Positions 52,115 through 64,000 of a stretch of DNA of 64,000 nucleotides are shown piece after piece. Location: assembly GCF_964194155.1 (NCBI RefSeq), contig NC_135887.1:18228001-18292000 (forward strand), read 5' to 3'. The notes beneath the pieces are model-generated. The model worked only from the letters and a program-made list of their open reading frames with translations. It was not told the origin of the DNA and made no database searches. A program made the translations under genes and the position numbers. The number at the start of each line of letters is the position of its first letter. Position 1 is the first letter of the stretch. Source of the DNA: Cetorhinus maximus. Its lineage: Eukaryota.

Positions 52115-55100
52115 TGCCAAAACACACAAAAATTGGTGATATCACGAACCCACAACTTTTCAGATTCTTTTATTGACATTTGCACTCAGAACTCTGCAGA
52201 AATTGGATGGTCTTCGCCTGCCAAGATGACCTGCTTGCCATGTCAATGCAAAACAATCAATATTTCTCAAAAATGTTAGAAAACAGAGTTCCTTTCTTAT
52301 ATTTCAGAAAGCACTTATAATTATATTTTTTGTTTAAAGTCAGCCAGGATGTGCAAATGTAATAAAACAAAACTGAAAAATAAAAAAAGGCAGTTCCTTG
52401 GACAAAATGCACAAAGAAAATGATTTAAAACCAACTCTGATCATACCTGAAACGTGAGCTTGTTGAATGAAACAAATTCACCTGTATTACTGATGGCAAT
52501 ATATTTGAAAAACACTACAAAAATAAACTGGCAGCAACATACACATATAGTATACCGACCCTGCTGCTGCACGCAAATAAAAAGCCCAAGAAACTCAGAA
52601 TATCTGTAACGCCAAAACATTTATGAATTGAATTTAATTTTGCAAATTGGAGGAAACAGACTATTTTGTTATATGACTGTTCAATTGAGCAACATCAGTG
52701 GCTCAAATTCATGAGCTGAAGTGTTACTCTGCACATAAACAAAATCTTAGAAAAAAATTATGGAAGTAAAAAGGTCCTCCATAACAGCCCTTTTTACCAA
52801 AAGAAGTATGCAAGATGAGTAATAAATCCTGCAGCTTTCTCCTCTTTGTCTGATTAAGATAACATGGAGAGGGTGTGACAACAAATCAAGGATCCAGGCA
52901 GCTGCAGTTTCCAACAACAAGTCTTTAATTGACATCAGCATCCACTTTCGACCACTACCCTACCTGGGGACCTGAGCAGTGGCTTTAAAAGAACAGGTTA
53001 GCAACCAAACATTACAACACTCCAAATCCTAGACTACCAACAAGATCTGCCTACATGTGTTAAAAATTGTTCTACATCCAGTGCATGCCCATTACACTTC
53101 AAATAAAATCAAAAAGTACATTAGTAAAAGTAAACACTTTCAGTCATTTGCTTTTTAAAATTTTTTTAAAACCTGGTCTCTCCAATGCTTGGCAGCTTTG
53201 TTTCAACAATCTACACAACTTTTTCCCAATAACTGGTCTCTGGTTGACTTCAGCATATATACTGAAAACATTCTCCCATACACAGAGCCTGAGCTCTAAA
53301 AGGGGATAGCCCAAGCTAGACACAGCTCCACTTCAGCTAAACAGCATAAAACCATGCTCCAGACCCACAGACTACCCATGATCAATGTCACAGAGGTTAA
53401 ACTAAGATTCAATTTAAAAAACTGAATCCCCTCAATTAGGTTACTGCATTGGAATAATTCCACAGTGTCCATTATTTTCTATTTCACATGCAGCATGATA
53501 AGTTTCTTTCCTCAACATCCTCCTCTTGGGAAAAAAATACAAGGCTGTCATTTAATCAGTCATCTTCCAGCATGAACTGCGGGGCACAGAAGCTTGTAAA
53601 AACCAAGCTGAAGCACAGGTTAGTGGATCAACTACATAAAAAGCTTTCGAAAGTTTTGTTTTCTTCCCACACTGTCAGATTAGCATTTTGGAATGCATTT
53701 ATGTCAGAGCCTGAGAACCAAGCAAGCATGGAGTAATGTCGAAATTCCTGCCTTCTGAAAAAAACACAACAGCGATTTTGCTCTGGCAACCAGCATGAAC
53801 TTTGATTTTTGCAAACACATTGGTCGATTTATTTTAACAGGTGAACCAAAGAAAGAAGAAAAAAAAACTCTTCTGTAATTTTCCAAATACACTTAAAAAC
53901 GTTGTTTCCAGCTATCCAGCTAAAAGGTTAATGTAATTATGTTTTACTTAATTCCCTTCAGATCCTGACTACTTACGCCTGTTGTCAAGGCAAGACTCCT
54001 CCGCAGCCAATTTTATACCTTGTATAGCTGCTCAACAGCAGGTACTCTTCTGGCCCATTTGTAAACATCTCTGTCTGTTGTCAGATGCAGCACTCTGCTG
54101 TGAAAAACTTCATCCAACAACCCAGTGGGAAACTGCAGTTATTGGCATCAAGGAGTTGGCAACTGCATACATAAAACCAAAATGTATGCATAAATATGGC
54201 AACTATCTTTCGTCACTGAATTGAAAAAGGATAAAAAAAAAGCACGAAATACAATACTGACAGGCATTGTTCAGATTCACCCTTCGGTTTAACAGAACTT
54301 GCCAGTGTTCAATGAATGATTCTCTGCTGCTGTTCTCATGCTAGCAGCCACAATTCACCATCTCCTGCAATGTGGCTGTCAGCCAAGTTTAGCACTTCAC
54401 AACACTAACCCTGTGAACCCCTAGCTCGGGTAGCCTCTTTGCGCACCACTGTTCTTTCTGAGTTTTCAAGGTTAATTGCACTCCTGGATCAGTATTTGCA
54501 TACAGCAACAACTGTAACAGCTGATCATAGGTTGCTGCATTCAAAGTTGGGAACATTCAAGATAGACAAAAAAGAAGTTTCAAACAAACTGCCCATCTAG
54601 AGTACTGTGAGGCAGCCTTCAATCCCTCTTTCATCATACACTAACAGGGGCAATTCAAACCATGTCTCTCCACACAATCAGTGCTTACAAAATAAACTTA
54701 AGTTATTAACTCAAAATCTATTTGCCATTACTTTAATGTGCAGTTTTACAATTTAAAATCGTAAAGTCATGTTTCTTATACTAAAAACACATCAAAATGA
54801 ATAATGCCAAACAATTATATCAGAAGCACATTAAATTAGCTGATAGTCCATAATACTAATCTAATTGCTACCTAGAACACCACATCCTCCCAACTTCTAA
54901 TTATATTCCATCTTTCTTAATGAAATACATTTTAAAACGTTGCAAAAATATCAGCCCAACCCTGTGGGTGCTTTTGCTGTATAGGATTGTTCACATGGGT
55001 GTGGTTGGAATATATAAGGATCTAGCCAGATTAAATTAATGTCTAGTTTCTTTTTAAAAATAAAAATAAGCAAGCCACAGGTCACTGGGCAAACATTTCT

Positions 55101-55240
55101 GACACTAGTGGTCCTATATAGCATCAGCAGACATCATATTCAGCACAAACTGCCTGCCACTTGGCTAATTATGCCAAGTGCTGTGAAAAATGAAAATATC
55201 ATGTTGATGCAGTAGCAAGTGTTTTTTGAGGCTACAGTTA

Positions 55241-58230
55241 AACATAGAAACTAGGAGCAGGAGTAGGCCATTTGGCCCTTCGAGCCTGCTCCGCCATTCA
55301 TTATGATCATGGCTGATCATCCAACTCAATAGCCTGCTCCCGCTTTCTCCCCATACCCTTTGATCCCTTTCGCCCCAAGAGCTATATCTAACTCCTTCTT
55401 GAAAACATACAATGTTTTGGCCTCAACTACTTTCTGTGGTAATGAATTCCACAGACTCACCACTCTCTGGGTGAAGAAATTTCTCCTAATCTCAGTCCTA
55501 AATGGTCTACCCCGTATCCTCAGACGGTGACCCCTGGTTCTGGACTCCCCCACCATCGGGAACATCCTTCCTGTATCTACCCTGTCTAGTCCTGTTAGAA
55601 CTTTATAGGTTTCTATGAGATCCCCCCTCATTCTTCTGAACTCCAGTGAATATAATCCCAATCGATTCAATCTCTCCTCACATGTCAGTCCCGCCAACCC
55701 AGGAATCAGTCGGGTAAACCTTCGCTGCACTCCCTCTATAGCAAGTACATCTTTCTTCAGATAAGGAGACCAAAACTGCACACAATATTCCAGGTGTGGT
55801 CTCACCAAGGCCCTGTACAATTGCAGCAAGACATCCCTGTTCCTGTACTCGAATCCTCTGGCTATGAAGGCCAACATACCATTTCCCTTCTTTACCGCCT
55901 GCTGCACCTGCATGCTTACCTTCAGCGACTGGTGTACAAGGACACCCAGGTCTCATTGCACAATCCCCTCTCTCAATTTATAGCCATTAAGATAATAATC
56001 TGCCTTCCTGTTTTTGCTACCAAAATGGATAACCTCGCATTTATCCACATTATGCTGCATCTGCTATGCATTTGCCCACTCATTCAGCTTGTCCAAATCA
56101 CACTGAAGCATCTCTGCATCTTCCTCACAGCTCACCCTCCGACCCAGCTTTGTGTCATCTGCAAATTTGGAGATATTACATTTAATTCCCTCATCTAAAT
56201 CATTAATATATATTGTGAATAACTGGGGTCCCAGCACTGATCCCTGCGGTACCCCACTAGTCACTGCCTGCCATTCGGAAAAAGACCCGTTTATTCCTAC
56301 CCTTTGTTTCCTGTCTGCCAACCAGTTTTCTATCCATCTCAATACACCACCCCCAATCCCATGCGCTTTAATTTTACATGCCAATCTCTTATGTGGGACT
56401 TTGTCGAAAGCCTTCTGAAAGTCCAAATAAACCACATCCGCTGGCTCCCCCTCATCAACTCTACTAGTTACATCCTCAAAAAATTCCAGTAGATTTGTCA
56501 AGCATGATTTCCCTTTCATAAATCCATGCTGACTCTGTCCGATTCTGCCACTGTTTTCCATGTGCTCAGGTATTAAATATTTTATAATGGACTAGAATTT
56601 TCCCCACTACCGACGTCAGGCTGACTGGTCTATAGTTCCCTGTTTTCTCTCCGCCTCCCTTTTTAAATAGCAGGGTTACATTAGCTACCCTCCAATCTGT
56701 AGGAACTGTTCCAGAATCTATAGAATCTTGGGAGATGACCACCAATGCATCCACTATTTCTAGGGCCACTTCGTTAGGTACTCTGGGGTGTAGATTATCA
56801 GGCCCCGGGGATTTATCGGCCTTCAATCCCATCAATTTCCCCAACACCAATTCCTTGCTAATACTGGTTTCTTTCAGTTCCTCCCTCTCACTAAACCCTG
56901 TGTTCCCCAACATTTCTGGTATGTTATTTGTGTCATCCTTTGTGAAGACAGAACCAAAGTATGTATTCAGTTGGTCAGCCATTTTTGTTCCCCATTATAA
57001 ATTCCCCTGTTTCTGACTGTAATGGACCTACATTTGTCTTCACCAATCTTTTTCTTTTCACATGCCTATAGAAACGTTTACAGTCAGTTTTTTATGTTCC
57101 CTGCAAGCTTACTCTCGTACTCTATTTTCCCCTTCTTAATCAATCCCTTGGTCCTCCTTTGCTGAATTCTAAACTGCTCCCAATCCTCAGGTCTGTTGTT
57201 TTTTCTGGCCAATTTGTATGCCTTTTCCTTGCATCTAATACTATCTCTAATTTCCCTTGTAAGCCATGGTTTGAACACCTTTCCTGTTTTACTTTTGCGG
57301 AATAAACAATTGTTGCAGTTCACCCATGCGCTCTTTGAATGTTTGCCATTGCCTATCCACCGTCATCCCTTTAAGTAACGTTTCCCAATCCATCATAGCC
57401 AACTCGCGCCTCATACCATCGTGGTTTCCTTTATTAAGATTCAGGACCCAAGTTTCAGAATCAACTACTTCACTCTCCATCTTGATGAAGAACTCTATCA
57501 TATTATGGTCGCTCATCCCCAAGGGGCCTCGCACAACTAGATTGTCAATTATTCCTTTCTCGTTACACAATACCTAGTCGAGGATGGCCTGTTCTCTTGT
57601 TGGTTCCTCGATGTATTGGTCCAGAAAAACATCCCGTATACACTCCAGGAATTCCTCCTCTACGGTACTGTTACTAATTTGATTTGCCCAATCTATATGC
57701 AGATTAAAGTCACCCATAATTACAGATGTTCCTTTATTGCATGCGCCTCTAATTTCCTGTTTCATGCCACTCCCAACATCACCACTACAGTTTGGGTGTC
57801 TATATACAACGCCCACTAACGTTTTTTGCCCCTTAGTGTTTCTCAGCTCTACCCATACAGATTCCACATCGTCGGAGCTAATATCTTTCCTCACTATTGT
57901 GTTAATTTCCTCTTTAACCAGCAATGAAACTCCACCATCTTTTCCTTTTTGTCTGTCCTTCCTAAATACCCCTGAATGTTCAGTTCCCATCCCTGGTCAC
58001 CCTGCAGCCATGTCTCCGTAATCCTGACTATATCATAGTTTACATCTATTTGCACGGTTAATTCATCCACTTTATTGCGAATGCTCCTCGCGTTAAGGGA
58101 CAAAGCCTTAAGGCTTGTTTTTTAACATTACTTGTCCCGTTCCCACTAATTTTCACTGAGGTCCTGTTTGATTCTTGCCCTTGATTTCTCTGACTATCAC
58201 TTTTCTTATTCCGCTTTCTGTCTTTTGCAC
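55241..58230 (-). mobile_element. CR1 LINE covering nearly all of ORF2 (APE endonuclease and RT), disrupted
   Basis: LNARSIRNK, ITETWL, MGDFN, SDHN, GVPQGSVLGP, KFADDTKL, RVVSLWNSLP; several frameshifts; CR1 3' tail. Confidence 0.96.
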
Positions 58231-59294
58231 ATAATTATTGGGACGGAGCACCCGGTGTTATTGTACCTAATCAAAAATATTTTGCCCTGGAAGTGTAAAA
58301 AGATAACAATGTGGCGAGCTTGGTGAATGATAGGGCCAAATGTGCATCGCCTTAACTAATGAGATTTAAAGATTGAGAAATAAACAGTGGAGGAAAGCAA
58401 ATTAGAACATGTGATTTCAATGTCAAATCATGTACATAAAGAGAGAAGGAAAGATTGGATCAACAGAGAGGGAAATTAAAAATATTTATTTTGTATTTAA
58501 TTTTTTTTAAATCGCCATCAACAATTCATTACTTGAAGACTGCACTTTTAATTGTTGACTTTCTGGGCCAGAGAGGTTGATTGACAGATTGATCGATCAG
58601 CAATTATCACATCATTAAAAGGGTACTTACTCATAAATAGCAGATAATTTCATGTGGTGAGTTTATTGGGTAATTAATATACAAATACAGCAATTCATGA
58701 AACTCACAAGGAGGTTAGGGGAGAGATACTGTTTCCATGAAAATAATGCTGAGGTAGTGCAAATCATCTAGCAACTCAAGGCATAAAGCAATTCACGGGC
58801 TCTCTCTTCCTTACCATAAGTTGCTGACAATTGGCTCATTAATACGCTGTTCACACGGTGTTATTTTTTCAGCAAACAACGTGGAGCACATCCTAAAGTA
58901 GAAGTTTAGTCTGCCATGTTCAAGTTGTAGGTGCCCAAATCTTTAGGAAGACTAGATTAAAAAAAGTTCCTTGTTCTCATGTTTCACTTCAATAGCCATA
59001 GTTCAGATAGTGCAATTTACAGAAAATACAATTAAATACAAGCCATGTTTTATAATCAGGGCCAACTGAGGTAACCTCAGGGTTAGTGATCAAAGTTATC
59101 AGCCAAAATATAATTAACACTGAAAAATCGCATGTAAATCTTTTGCTAAAGCATCTGGTACTACCATGAATATGCTCTGGCGGTAAAGCACTGATGCAAT
59201 GAACCTTGTTAACAGTACACATTGTTAATAGTGGTTTCCTATTTTAGAGGAGAAACATTCCTAAAGAAAACTTGAATACAAAATGTTTCTCTTC

Positions 59295-60370
59295 TGTCAT
59301 GTCCATAAGATATGAAAGACATCATAAACTATTTAAATCAAACCTCACTTCTACTTATATAAAATTGGACTTTGCTGGATCAAAAACATGCTACAGGTCA
59401 CATGATTTGCAAGTTAGATAGTTCTGGAAACTTCAAACAGTAATTACAGGACAAAGCTCAACCCTCATCCTTGTAGAATCTCACCCATCATTATGCGGAT
59501 CCATTACAATCAACAAAACAAGGGAGCAGCAGGCCGACTGTCTCTCCAGCTCGGACGTATAACAAAGAGTGCCACTGAAACTCATTATACCTGCGGAGGT
59601 GCTAATAGCCACCACCTATCTCCTAAAATGGACAATGGAATATGACCAGAGGCATAAAAACTGATTGTTAATCTGAAACTTACTCATCAATGGGCAACAC
59701 ATTGAACAAAACTCTTCTGGCCTTTGCAAAGTTTTAATGTTACATTCCTGGACTCCCAGGGCATACTGTTAGCATCCAGCTTGTCAACACCAAAGCAGGA
59801 CTCCAGGTTGACAACAAAGCCTGCCTCAAGTTTAAACCTCCTCAAAGCCTGGTTCTCAAAGCTTCCTGTCGTCACTTGTAGAGCAGACCAAGTCTCTGCA
59901 TACCAACCTCATTGTGCTGCATCGTCACCAACTTCAAAGGAATTAATCAACTCCTGCCTTTAGCTATCTGAACCCGCCTGAACTTTAACTCTTACGTGAA
60001 GGAACCCTCACTGGACTCTGACATTCTGGACTCTAACATTCACGTGAATTAATATTTCTATCTTTATTTTTTGTTTGTTTTAAGTTATTCCTAGTTGTAA
60101 AACTCTTTTTCTTTCCTATGTCCTTCTTGTGTGCTTGTGTGTCTGTATGTAGTTGTGACGACCAACCCCCGGGTTTCATGTATGAATAAACAATACTTCG
60201 GAGTTAACCCGAAGGAGAGGTTGCTGTGAGTCACTTTAAAATTGACTTCACAAACAGGAGGATTTGGGGAAACATGCCACAATCTATTTCAAAAATTAAA
60301 ACATTTCTGCTTACGGACAGACACAGGAAAAAAAAGGAGTTCAGTTTGCCTCTCTCCCCTGTCTTTAACA
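59295..60370 (+). mobile_element. Possible solo LTR
   Basis: TGTCA...TAACA ends; TG-rich stretch followed by AATAAA at about 60185. No TSD confirmed. Confidence 0.3.
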
Positions 60371-60573
60371 CCTTCCCCTAAGTAATAACTTCAAGTAGTA
60401 AAATCAAATTAACCCACATCCCTAAGAGATAGATAGGTACACTTACAATAATTAATTTATATATTTTTTTTACTAATTTTGAGTTCAAATGATAGCTATA
60501 ATAATTTTCCTTTGAAAGGTTATTTATTACTGTAATGGACAAAAACAAATTGGAGTAATAGTAAGCATCTTAC

Positions 60574-60615
60574 CTGAACATCGTAAAGTGCTACAATGTT
60601 CTCATGTTGAAGCTC
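60574..60615 (-). CDS. ULK2: ULK2 exon 3 (42 nt): ELQHENIVALYDVQ
   Basis: ctag|GAGCTT...GTTCAG|gtaaga, phase 0-0. Confidence 0.96.
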
Positions 60616-61136
60616 CTAGAATCAAAAGCACAGAATTTGTAACTGAAATAACGTACAGTGGAAAAAACTAAAGTACTGCCAAAATATCTTAGCCATTCTG
60701 TTATTGTAACAGAGCACAGTAGAATCTGAAGTCCTTTATTTTGTTTTTTTTTCTCAAAACTTATTAATTTTTTCATTCATCATCAGGCACTCCTGAAAAT
60801 TTGTATAGAAAGGAGATAACAGCTTCTGGTAGCCACGTTCCAAGCATCTGTGAATAAACCATCCACTAAAACTTTAACACCAGAGGCATACAACACATTA
60901 ATGTGACAATAATCAGAGGGTAGTGTATATTTTAGGTGCTGCATTCCACTACTTCAAGAAGGCGGTGATAAAAGAGCTCAGAATTCAGTAAAGTCCTCAG
61001 CATCGAAAATCATTTTCCTTTAAGAACATCAGAAAAGTCAGACTGAGAAATACTACTGGATTAATGGTAATTACATTACATCAACGTTATAATGCGACAA
61101 GTTAAAAATAATTCATGAAAAACTATAAAATAAGGA

Positions 61137-61195
61137 ACAAAAACAGAATTACCTGGAAAAACTCAGCAGGTCTGGCAGCATCGGCGGAGAAGAAT
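61137..61195 (-). repeat. Penelope-type terminal-repeat tail fragment
   Basis: Near-exact reverse complement of 7461-7512. Confidence 0.65.
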
Positions 61196-62072
61196 AATAA
61201 GGAATCCTTTTTTTTGAAGTAGGGAACCTAGGAAGTTTGCGTATTACAATTACAGTGAAAACAGTTGAACTTTGAGAAGGTTTATTCCTCAGTGCCCATT
61301 AACTTCAGCTCTGCAAACACTATCAAGAGTGCAATGAGAGAAGGTGGTGGTGCCTACGGAAACGCAGGAATTTGACCAATGTAATCTCTATTAAATGTGG
61401 TTGCCCAAACTGCCTTTCTTACGTCAGAATGATCACCAAACTCAATTGATCAAAAGTGAGCAGTAATCATCTGTTACTTCTACATCTACTTCTGCAGTGT
61501 TTCATTTGTATAAATCATTTAGCCTCAAAATCTCTAGTTTACAATAAAGACTTTGGGTGTCAATACTGCAACAAAGTAATACCCACTTAATGGCAGTGGC
61601 AAAGGTTAAAAACACAAGTAGGCAACTGCACAAATTAAACACCCATATTTTCAGTGCAGTTAATGTTTTGTTTACTACAGGTGATTGGGCAAGTATTTTG
61701 GAAAGCAACAAAGGTTACTTTAGAAGCATCTACAGGATTGTCCTAAGAATGTTTCAAATGGGGTGCATCATATAAGCAATCCAAGAGGGGAACTGAAAGG
61801 GGAAAACAAAACCTTAGCTGTGCTGCCAGCAGGTGTAGATTATATTGGCATTAAATCTAACTCAATTTCAGAATGCCATTAATGTCCAAAGAATGAAATT
61901 GGCCAACAAAATAATATAAATAAACTATATCCCTAAATGTCACTGACACAGTTAGAAAGTACATCATATCACATAGACCGTCATTACTTAACCAATTTGA
62001 ATCCAGTGTCAGAATCTGGGAGTCTGATGAGACTTTTTGAGTCAGAAATAAACTGTGACAGCACTATTGCTA

Positions 62073-62300
<228 letters not shown>

Positions 62301-63329
62301 CTAAGGAAAGATAAACAAGGTCATTTACAAATGCAGATGAGAGATTAAACTTGAAGCTTCAGGGCATCTAAGAAAAAGTATGACAAAAGTAGTGTTCCAA
62401 GATGCAACATTGATCTATTTCTTGTTTTCTTCACCGAGATGCATATAGCTTAGATTCAACCATACAGCAATAACTAATGGTGTGTGACCAGATCTCATTT
62501 GATGTATGTGAAAACATGCCAACAAACAGACCCCTGAGCTGTTGGCAGTATTTAAGCACTGAACACATTAACCGAAGGACATGGTCTTTGAGCACTGCAA
62601 TGCCTAAATGCCAAAACAAAAATACATTAAGCTTTTTGTTTATGCTAGAAATTCACAGAATGAACATTGACAGGTTGCACAGTTTAACATGGAAAGTTTA
62701 TGCAGTGTAGCACTTCTACAGAAAAGTTGTTATTTTCAATGCTGAAAAATCTGCTAGTGCCCACAATTTCTCCGTCTTTCATCCTCCCATGATCACATTA
62801 TTTATATTTAGACTTATTCTTCAGTTTTCTGTACACATTCCTCAGCCATGAGAAGATGGTAATTAACCCAACTCACAGAAGGGTGTTATGTAGGATGGGT
62901 TTGGAGCATTTTTTTCTCACTTCTGCAATTAAGTTCTTGATCTCTGCTCAATGCCTTCCAATTTTAGTTTTGCAAAGAAATTAACAAAAAGTTCTTTGTT
63001 ATTCACGTGTATATAACTACTAGTTTAAAAGATATCCAAATTAAATATCAGTTTCAGTTTATGGTTAAGGCGCAGATTTGCTGATTACACCTAGTTTACC
63101 TGTTCAAACTGCTGTAATAAATGCACTTATACACAAAGCACATAAATCTCTCTTCCCTGACATGAAAGTCAATTAACCTTTGCAAGGAACACAAAGTCTT
63201 ATATAGTATAATTAAGACCGCAAAACCGTGAGGCAATGAAAATATCAGACTCAATTCTTCACATTAAAGAAACTAAGCATGAACCTGCTGGATGTTGTGT
63301 ATGCTTAGGCGAGGTACTTTTGTTTTATA

Positions 63330-64000
63330 GCATATGAACACACAAATAAGGGCAGGAGTAAGCCATTTGGTCCTTCGAGCCTGCTTCGCGATTCAATAAG
63401 ATCATGGCTGATTTGACTGTAACCTCCCGCCTATCCCCAGTAACCCTTCACTCCCTTGTTTACCAAGAATCTATCTACCTCTGCCTTGAAAACATTCAAA
63501 GGCTCTGCTTCCATTGCCTTTTGAGGAAGGGAGGTCCAAAGATTCATGACCCTCAGAGAAAAAAATTCTTCTCATCTGTGTCTTAAATGGCAACCCCTTA
63601 TTTTTAAACTGCGACCCCTAGTTCTAGATTCTCCCACAAAAGGAAACATCCTCTCCACATCCACCCTGTCAAGACCCCTTAGGATCTTACATATTTCAAT
63701 CAAGTCACCTCTTACTCTTCTAAACTCCAGAGGATATAAGCCTAGCCTGTCCAACCTTTCTTCACAAGACAACCCGCCCATTCCTGGTATTAGTTGAGTA
63801 AACCTTCTCTGAACTGCTTCTAACAAACTTCTTTAAATAAGGAGACCAATACTATACACAGTACTCCAGATGTGGTCTCACCAATGCCTTGTATAACAGA
63901 AGCATAACCTCTCTACTTTTATATTCAATTCCCTTCACAATAAATGATAACATTCTATTAGCTTTCCTAATTACTTGCTGTACCTGCATACAAGCCTTTT
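63330..64000 (-). mobile_element. CR1 LINE 3' portion, continuing beyond the window
   Basis: [43 protein letters not shown], plus CR1 tail. Confidence 0.93.

Overview
Vertebrate genomic DNA, most likely a cartilaginous fish (shark), judged from the repeat families. The whole window lies inside one minus-strand gene, ULK2 (Unc-51-like autophagy-activating kinase 2). I read 15 internal coding exons by eye, all with GT-AG ends and a continuous reading frame. They run from exon 2 (62208-62300) to the exon at 1589-1726 and encode most of the kinase domain, the LIR motif and part of the Ser/Pro-rich region. Exon 1 and the C-terminal exons lie outside the window. The introns are filled with CR1 and CR1/L2-group LINEs, tRNA-derived SINEs, Deu-domain SINEs, Penelope-like remnants, a pogo remnant carrying an RTE insertion, hAT-like MITEs and possible solo LTRs. 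The most notable observations are: (1) a 93-nt symmetric exon that mammalian ULK2 appears to lack but ULK1 has at the same position; (2) two families of minimal hammerhead-ribozyme motifs in Penelope-type terminal repeats; (3) a ~670-bp element made of at least seven consecutive hairpins; (4) an RTE insertion with a 46-bp target-site duplication. I found no evidence for a new multi-gene system. Family names come from recalled motifs, not database searches, and repeat boundaries are approximate.
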